This document shows, in pieces, positions 56,898 through 64,000 of a stretch of 64,000 nt of DNA (position 1 is the stretch's first letter; each line of letters opens with the position of its first letter). The stretch covers positions 12,276,001-12,340,000 of the forward strand of contig CM022676.1 in assembly GCA_012295275.1 (NCBI GenBank). Direction: 5' to 3'. The position numbers and the translations under genes were made by a program. The notes under the pieces were generated by a model. It was given only the letters and a program-made list of their open reading frames with translations, was not told the origin of the DNA and did no database searches. This stretch comes from Chrysomallon squamiferum (lineage: Eukaryota; Animalia; Mollusca).

Positions 56898-59332
56898 AAT
56901 AATAATGATGATGATGATGATGATGATGATACTACTACTACTATTACTACTACTACTACTACTACTACTACTAATAATAATAATATTAAACGAGTAAACG
57001 TTAGAAACATTTGAATAAGAAAATGTAATCTCATTAGCATTAGTAAAAAAATCTTTAATTTATTGGTAAAATTTATTATGTTGTTAAATATAGACATAAA
57101 AATCTTAAATTTATAAACAGCGTGTTCTAAGAAAAAAAAAAATGAAACTGTAGAGCCTTCTACAAAGAAATGTTTAAATCTGATTCAGTTGTTTTTCTCT
57201 CACACAAATAAAAGCTAAAACAAAAACTTCTCAAACAAAAACTTTTATTTTTATCTATTTATTTATGTATTTGTTATGTTTCTTTACTTAACCTAAAGTG
57301 AAACTCAGAATCAGTTTTACAGTATCACTGTTTTACTAATAAAAGTATTCTATACGATTATTTCATATTATACAATCAGTTCACATAGACGCTAACTTCA
57401 TATGTCCAAAAGCATTCTGCCTCTTTATATGTACACCTTCCTATCACAGACACGTGTTTTATGTGTGGTTTATTGCTGAGCAATGGCAGGCCATTGAAAG
57501 CTACGGAAAACACATCTGAAAAGCAAGAATTCACGTAACGAGTTTAGCAAAGGCTGATTTAAATATCGTAAATGTTATATTAAACAAATATAAATACCAT
57601 TTTAGTATAAAGATAAACTATTCCAAAAATGAAAAAAGAACAATTAAAGTGGATTTCATCTGACTGGACATATCCGTACGTTTACTTTATTATGACGTAT
57701 TACATATATAATTAATAAGAAAACATCTGTATTCTATGGAAAATGCGAAAGATTCTGTGATAATCTTATGAATTAATTATATGTCTATAAATGTCATAAA
57801 ACATAAACTAAATAAAAGATAAACGTGTCCCACTTTCTTCCAAGCTGACCTACAAGAGGAATACAGTGATATGCTAGTCTGTGTGTGTTTGTGTATAATG
57901 TCACGTGTGTGGGTGTGTCTGTGTGTTCGTGTGTATGTAAACTGACCTGATGATTCAATCTTTAGTGTGCCTAGAACTGAATCAGGTTCGGAATCACCAC
58001 ATTTCCAAGTGCCTTCGTCGTTGTCCCGACTGAAGCTGTCAATAGAGAGTGTGTACGAATTCGAAGATGCCGCAGTAACTGAATAGCCAGACAGTAGTTG
58101 TAAGCACTTCTTGATGTCAAATGAGTCGTCACACTGAGCAACAACTGCTGCTCCTTCAGGGCGGTTGAAACCAAGAGCACCTGTTATTTCACCACTTACT
58201 AATTCACAGGTGATGGTGAAAGGATGTTCTCTGAAAGCTCTTTCGTTAGCTGATGTCAGTTTTGTTTCTAACTTACCTACGAGAATGAAAACAAAAAGTA
58301 AATAAATAAATAAAAAATAAAATATAACGTTTTATTATTGTTGTTAGATTTGCTAAATTATATGATTACTTGTATCACATGAAATAAGCAACAGTAAACA
58401 TATATAAACATATCAGAATTACATTTTCTTATCGTTTTTAGATAGTGTGACATAATCGAAACAAATCTATTTATAGATATATACGTAGACAGTACTGATC
58501 ACGTCTGTTCCGTTGTTTATCAATAATAAAGGAAGAAGAGCGCGCGCTTTTTGGGGTATATAAATTTCGTTTCATAATTGTGAAAAAACGATAAGAATAT
58601 GTAACTTTGAGTGTCAGCACTTTAAAAACAATCAATGACGAAAGAAGAAGGATGGCGCTTTTTGAACCATGTAAAGTATATATTTTGGGGGTGCAGAGAC
58701 TGAATTGCTGTATTGCTAGAGTAACTGCAACAGTGAACAGTCTGCCGTGTTCTTACGCTTTACCGTGGTACACGAGAGAAACAGCAAGAGTCACGTTACC
58801 TTCACATCTGACTGTCAAGAAAATCTACTCAAAACAAACAAACAACCCTCACCGTCATAATAATAAAGTTACATAAAAAATAGAAAAATAAAAAAATAAT
58901 AAAGAAATAAAGAAAGAAGAAGAAGAAAAAAAAATATATAGAAAAACATACTTAAAGACCTAAACAAAATAACAAAGAAAAAATAAATAATGATAATATT
59001 TGCATACTATTAATAGTCTTAATTGTTACATAGCTATTCATATTTTTGTTATTGTAATAGAAATAAAACATGGTTACCATGTTGATTCATTGTAACACTG
59101 TAAGGCAGTAACATACACAGCGTGTCATAAAAATACTGTATTAGTTAGTGTAGGCGCATTGTCTTTACTTATCTACAACGTTATTTTTATTTTGTTTCAA
59201 CATTCATAGCTAAGGTAATTAACCGTTATAGTTATCATGTAAAGTGTTTAAAAAAGTTAAAGCCAGTGTGAGATTCAAATCTTAGTTACTTTCACGTCAC
59301 GCTTAGCTAGGTTTACGTTTGTGTGTGTGTGC

Positions 59333-59423
<91 letters not shown>

Positions 59424-59896
59424 CGCGCGCGCGTGTGTGTTATTTTTCAGTTTATAATTATTTAATTTATAAACCTTCCTTGCTGCTAAACTAAATATCA
59501 CCAGTAGTCACATAATGATTATGTTCAGTAATGAAACTTAATAATCATTAATATTAAAAAGTATTCTTGTTACATATCATTGATCGTAAGTTCTAGATGT
59601 CATACAAATCTATAGCTTTCAGTAATACTAATAGAAATTATAAAGAAAAGTATTTTTCTGCTATATTATCCTGTTGTCAGCAATGTATTACCTTCACTGA
59701 ATGTAAATGAAGACAGACAGACAGCAAGCACGAATATGCATTTCAGTTGAAAATCCATTGAAATTAAATCTATATCAAGAACGAAGTACCAAATCTGAAA
59801 AACAAAAGAAGAAGAAGAAAAAGGATATTATTTTTATAATAACCAATAAAAATATTTGTTTTGTTTTAACAACAATTATCGTACAATGCATTTGTT

Positions 59897-59935
<39 letters not shown>
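53239..59935 (+). repeat. Near-identical direct duplication, copy A' (partner 43758-50560)
   Basis: See copy A; ORF track repeats (44019/53500, 47035/56491, 48599/57971). Confidence 0.95.
55660..59758 (-). CDS. G11: two-domain Ig GPI-type protein, recent duplicate of G9
   Basis: Exons (minus): 59692-59758, 57947-58276 (one extra Ala: EGAAVVAQC), 57397-57515, 56604-56820 (S>I, P>S versus G9), 56355-56409 (V>I), 55660-55696. Confidence 0.88.
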
Positions 59936-59937
<2 letters not shown>

Positions 59938-60078
59938 TAATAATAATAATAATAATAAAAATAATAATAATAATAAAATAATAATTTAAAAAAAAAGAGT
60001 TGAAATATCTCAAAGAAAACAAAGAAAACTGAAATATTAAAATAATTAATATTAACATATTAGGAGGGCCATACCATA

Positions 60079-60126
<48 letters not shown>

Positions 60127-60585
60127 AATAATTTAAAAAAAGAAAAACACCACACTAAACCAACACGAAGAAAAAAAAGAAGAAAAAAACAACAACAAAA
60201 ACCACTAACGAAAAGGTTAATGATGAAAAACAATAGTCCTAAACAATGCCAACAAAACACCAGAACCAGTGAAAATTAAAAGGGTCTGCTGCTGTCTTTA
60301 GAGACCGTTTGAAAACGTCACAATCTGACGTCAGGAGGGATTACGTCTTCATATTATGGATATAGTAATTTTAAATGCACTTTACATAGGTTAAATCTGT
60401 ACTCTGTTCAGATATGCTTTTGGTTAAAATAAGTGATTTTTTTTTCTTTCTTTCTTGATATTTTTTTTTTTACTTTTTTTTTTTCTTTTTTCTAGTTCTT
60501 CTTTGTTTTTGTTTTTATAAAATAATAAAAATAAAAAATTTAAAAAGCTGTGAAACGGACAGGCCATTTGTTTACAGGGCTTTAA

Positions 60586-60802
60586 CCACACACACCCACA
60601 CACCCACACACACCCATACACCCGCCACACCCCCACACCCACACACAGACACACACACCCACACACACAGACACCCACACACACCCACACACGCACACAC
60701 ACACAAAACACACACACACCCAACACACACACACAGACACAGACACACAGACACACCCACACACCCACACCCACACACACACACCCACACCCACACACAC
60801 CC
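60586..60802. repeat. Degenerate (CA)n/(CACACC)n low-complexity tract
   Basis: Directly visible; source of the spurious CV-rich ORFs. Confidence 0.92.
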
Positions 60803-61282
60803 TTTAAGAGGTACCTTTCATAAATTCATAAATTGTTGTACATTTTCAGTCACAATCGCAAAGCTTCTCACAGAAGTTCGATTCTGTTTTCGTTTAAATA
60901 AACCTATTTAACAATTTATATATTTTAATTATTAATGTTGTGGTCGTGGTTTGGTATTTCAACACCAGAAAAAAAGAATAGTAAAATATATATAAAATAA
61001 TAATAATTAAAAGAAAAAAAAAAGCCGAATAATTAATTTGGCGTATGTTAATTCATTTTGAAATTTTATTTTTTCGAGAAAAAGCAGTCCGGAAGAAATT
61101 TATAAATACTTTTTAGCGTAATTGATGACGTCAACATCCGTAACAGGTCGACTAAAGTAAGTAAGTAATAATTAAAAATAAAATAAAGATTTCGAGTTTT
61201 TCTGGTATTACTCGTTATCTTCTTTAATGATGTTCCCATTATTTTGCAGCTAAATATGTATTTTGTCAGTGCAGCTTTTTCG

Positions 61283-61318
<36 letters not shown>

Positions 61319-61379
61319 CGTCGTACATTATGTAAATAATATTTAATTAACTACTGAAAATGTTTATCTTTCTTTCCTT

Positions 61380-61432
<53 letters not shown>

Positions 61433-61607
61433 CTATCAGTCAATGAAAATGTAATAAATAACAAAATAAAGTAGGAAATAAAATGTGACAGGGTAACAAG
61501 AACATTTTAAAATATGTTTATTAAATCTTATTTCAAAACGGTCACGTTACTGAGTTATTTAATCTAATTATTATTTCTAAAAACAGTCCAGAAACAACAA
61601 CAACGAC

Positions 61608-61662
<55 letters not shown>

Positions 61663-62427
61663 TATTAAATATGCAATATGTCGTTCGAAACGAACTGCTG
61701 TTTTTCAGCAGAGCGGTAACAAATAAAAATAGTAAAATCGGCTACAAATGTTCTCTGTTGTTTACAAATGTTCTCTGCACGTGATCGACCCGGTTATTTA
61801 TAGATCACTTAGACCTTTTAACGATAGCGGATAAAAATAGAACTGTAGTAGTAACCCATATTTATTCTTAGCAGATTTGTTCTCGTGGAATATATAACAA
61901 TGTGACAGCAGCTATAACTCGAAATATAATAAAAGACATACTTACAGTAATTGTTTTTATCTGTTTACGATTCATTTTAACAAATGCAGCAGAAAAACTC
62001 GTTATCGCCAGAGATATTTGTGCAGTAATACAAAAACAATGCCTAGAGCTCGCGGATTTAACGATGTCACTTAATTTCAGTTCTGCTGGCTTTCATTTCT
62101 CTCAGACATGAATTCTTTTGATGATTTAATCATTTTATTCGCACATTAATCTACATATGATTAGTAAAATTAATTGCACAAATCAACAACTTTATACCTT
62201 AATAAGGCCTCTTTCTATGCTTTTTTTTGTTTGTTTTGAAGCTGTCTAAATAACTCCTAGTCATGTGACACAATTTCTTTTGCACACAGGTTTTAGTCAT
62301 TTACTGTCTCAGACTATACATTAAATTTAACTTTGTCACAAACATCTCTCTTGACAAGAACATTATTACGAATACAAAGTGTGTTTCACGGGGTATTTTT
62401 TTTTTGCTTTTTGAGGATAACTACATC

Positions 62428-62846
62428 ATGGAATTGGAAGCGAGGCACATTTTGGTGTGTGCTGTTCTCTTTACAGCTACTTCAAGTGAGTTCATTTAAA
62501 CACGAATAATAAATAGTAGTTTCAAATAATGTTTATGAATGAAAAAAAAAGTATATATATATATATATATATATATTACATTTTTATTTTATTTTTTACA
62601 GTGAAAATGTTATGATATTTATTTTGTTTTTATACAATATTTTCATTTATAAATACAATTTTCTAATTTAAAAAAAAACGTTACAAAAAGTCGGGGTGGT
62701 TTTTGGGGGGCCTGGAACGGATAAATGGTATTTCAGTTAATTTCAGGTGGGAAAATTGATTTGATGTACGAGCAAACTGAGATACGAGTTTGGTCACGGA
62801 ACGAATTAAACTCATAAGTCAAGGTACCACGGTATTTATTTTTGTT

Positions 62847-62889
<43 letters not shown>

Positions 62890-63903
62890 ATATTAATGTA
62901 AGATGAGAATTTTAAGTAAATGTAATTATCACATACTTTTCAGACGCGTATTTCCTCAAAAAGTCAGGAAACGCAGTTGAGGTTGGATTATCTTTCACAC
63001 TCACGTGTCACACGCGTCGCAGAGTGGCAGGGATAGGCTGGACGCGCGGGACCTTGACCATGAATGTTCACCAAGGTCACGGGTCAAACTGCAGTGGATA
63101 TCTGCCAAGAAAATACAAGTTCAAATGTAACGAGGGAACTGTATTCACACTAACAATACCCAAAGTCTTTTTCAGCGAAGATGAAGTGAAATGGTTCTGT
63201 TCAGATCTAGATGGAAAACACAAAAGCAATGTCGTAGTTATACATGTCATGGGCGCTTGTAGGTTTTGCTCGTAAACTATAAATATAATGATAATGAGAG
63301 CCGTGTGTATGTAACGGTGTGTTTAACACATTCAGACAAATGTTCTTGCGTACAAAACATAAAGAAATAACTAAAAGTTTCTAACGTGTGTAAAATGTAC
63401 AATTCTATTACCTCTCACTTGTAGACTAATTTTTACAGAATAGTTAACTAATTTGTTTTTCTTCCTTTTTATTGTTGTTGTAGTTATTTTTATGACAATC
63501 CCATTGAGAAACTCCCAATGTAACAGAGCTGTAACTAGATAATATCCCATAATACTTTAGTTTTGTCTCGACTTTCGAACAGAATCCCAAGTTTCGACTG
63601 CCAAACGATACGTTCCAATGTTAAAAGGTCTCGTTACGTCAGCACACAAAACACAAATACACAAAAGTATGTTTATCAATTATGAAACAGCTAACTGTAA
63701 GGAATAACCATTGATCATTTTCCTGTAATTAGCAAAAAAAATTGGTCATTAATAGATAAACTTGAATTGAGTTTTGATATCGTGGATTTAACACTGAAAG
63801 ATGTTTAAAAGATTTTCACAGTTTTCTAAATTTTGTATTGTTTAGCTATGGCGAAGAGTGGAAGCGAGTCTCTATCTTCAGCTACGTTTTGTCTGATAAC
63901 CGT
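62428..63903 (+). CDS. G12: divergent single-Ig member (last exon expected beyond the window)
   Basis: Exons: 62428-62485 MELEARHILVCAVLFTATS; 62944-63258 NAYFLKKSGNAVEVGLSFTLTCHTRRRVAGIGWTRG...C-x11-C...FTLTIPKVFFSEDEVKWFCSD...; 63846-63903 SMAKSGSESLSSATFCLITV/gtaagt, homologous to the family stalk exon. Confidence 0.82.
62713..62833 (+). mobile_element. Tigger/pogo-like DNA transposon terminus in G12 intron 1
   Basis: ...ggaacgaattaaactcataagtcaaggtaccacgg-TA resembles recalled Tigger/MER44-type ends; only one end seen. Confidence 0.45.
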
Positions 63904-64000
63904 GTAAGTAATCTTTATTTCTAACGTTTCTTTTATTTATTTCATTGTCTCACTGCTTAGTCTATTTCTCCACCAGTTTATCTTTGTATATCTAGTTTTC

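Overview
AT-rich, microsatellite-dense eukaryotic DNA with GT-AG introns. An invertebrate source, possibly a mollusc, is an inference from composition and Ig style only. Almost the whole window is one tandem cluster of 12 paralogous loci (G1-G12 here) in mixed orientation. They encode small cell-surface immunoglobulin-superfamily proteins with a shared exon plan: 58-67 nt signal-peptide exon, 315-330 nt phase-1/phase-1 Ig exon, an optional second Ig-like domain on two exons (119 nt + 217-223 nt), a 43-58 nt Ser/Gly-rich stalk exon, and a 37 nt hydrophobic last exon typical of a GPI-anchor signal. G6, G7, G8, G9, G11 and probably G12 look intact. G1, G3 and G4 have altered tails or a duplicated Ig exon. 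G2, G5 and G10 are broken. The cluster shows recent segmental duplications, leader/Ig/tail mosaics, Ig-focused amino-acid divergence, and one Ig exon (G10) carrying three frame-preserving insertions copied from neighbouring sequence. Tc1/mariner and hAT transposon remnants are also present. All gene models were spliced and translated by hand; no database search was possible, so family identity, novelty and function are unconfirmed.
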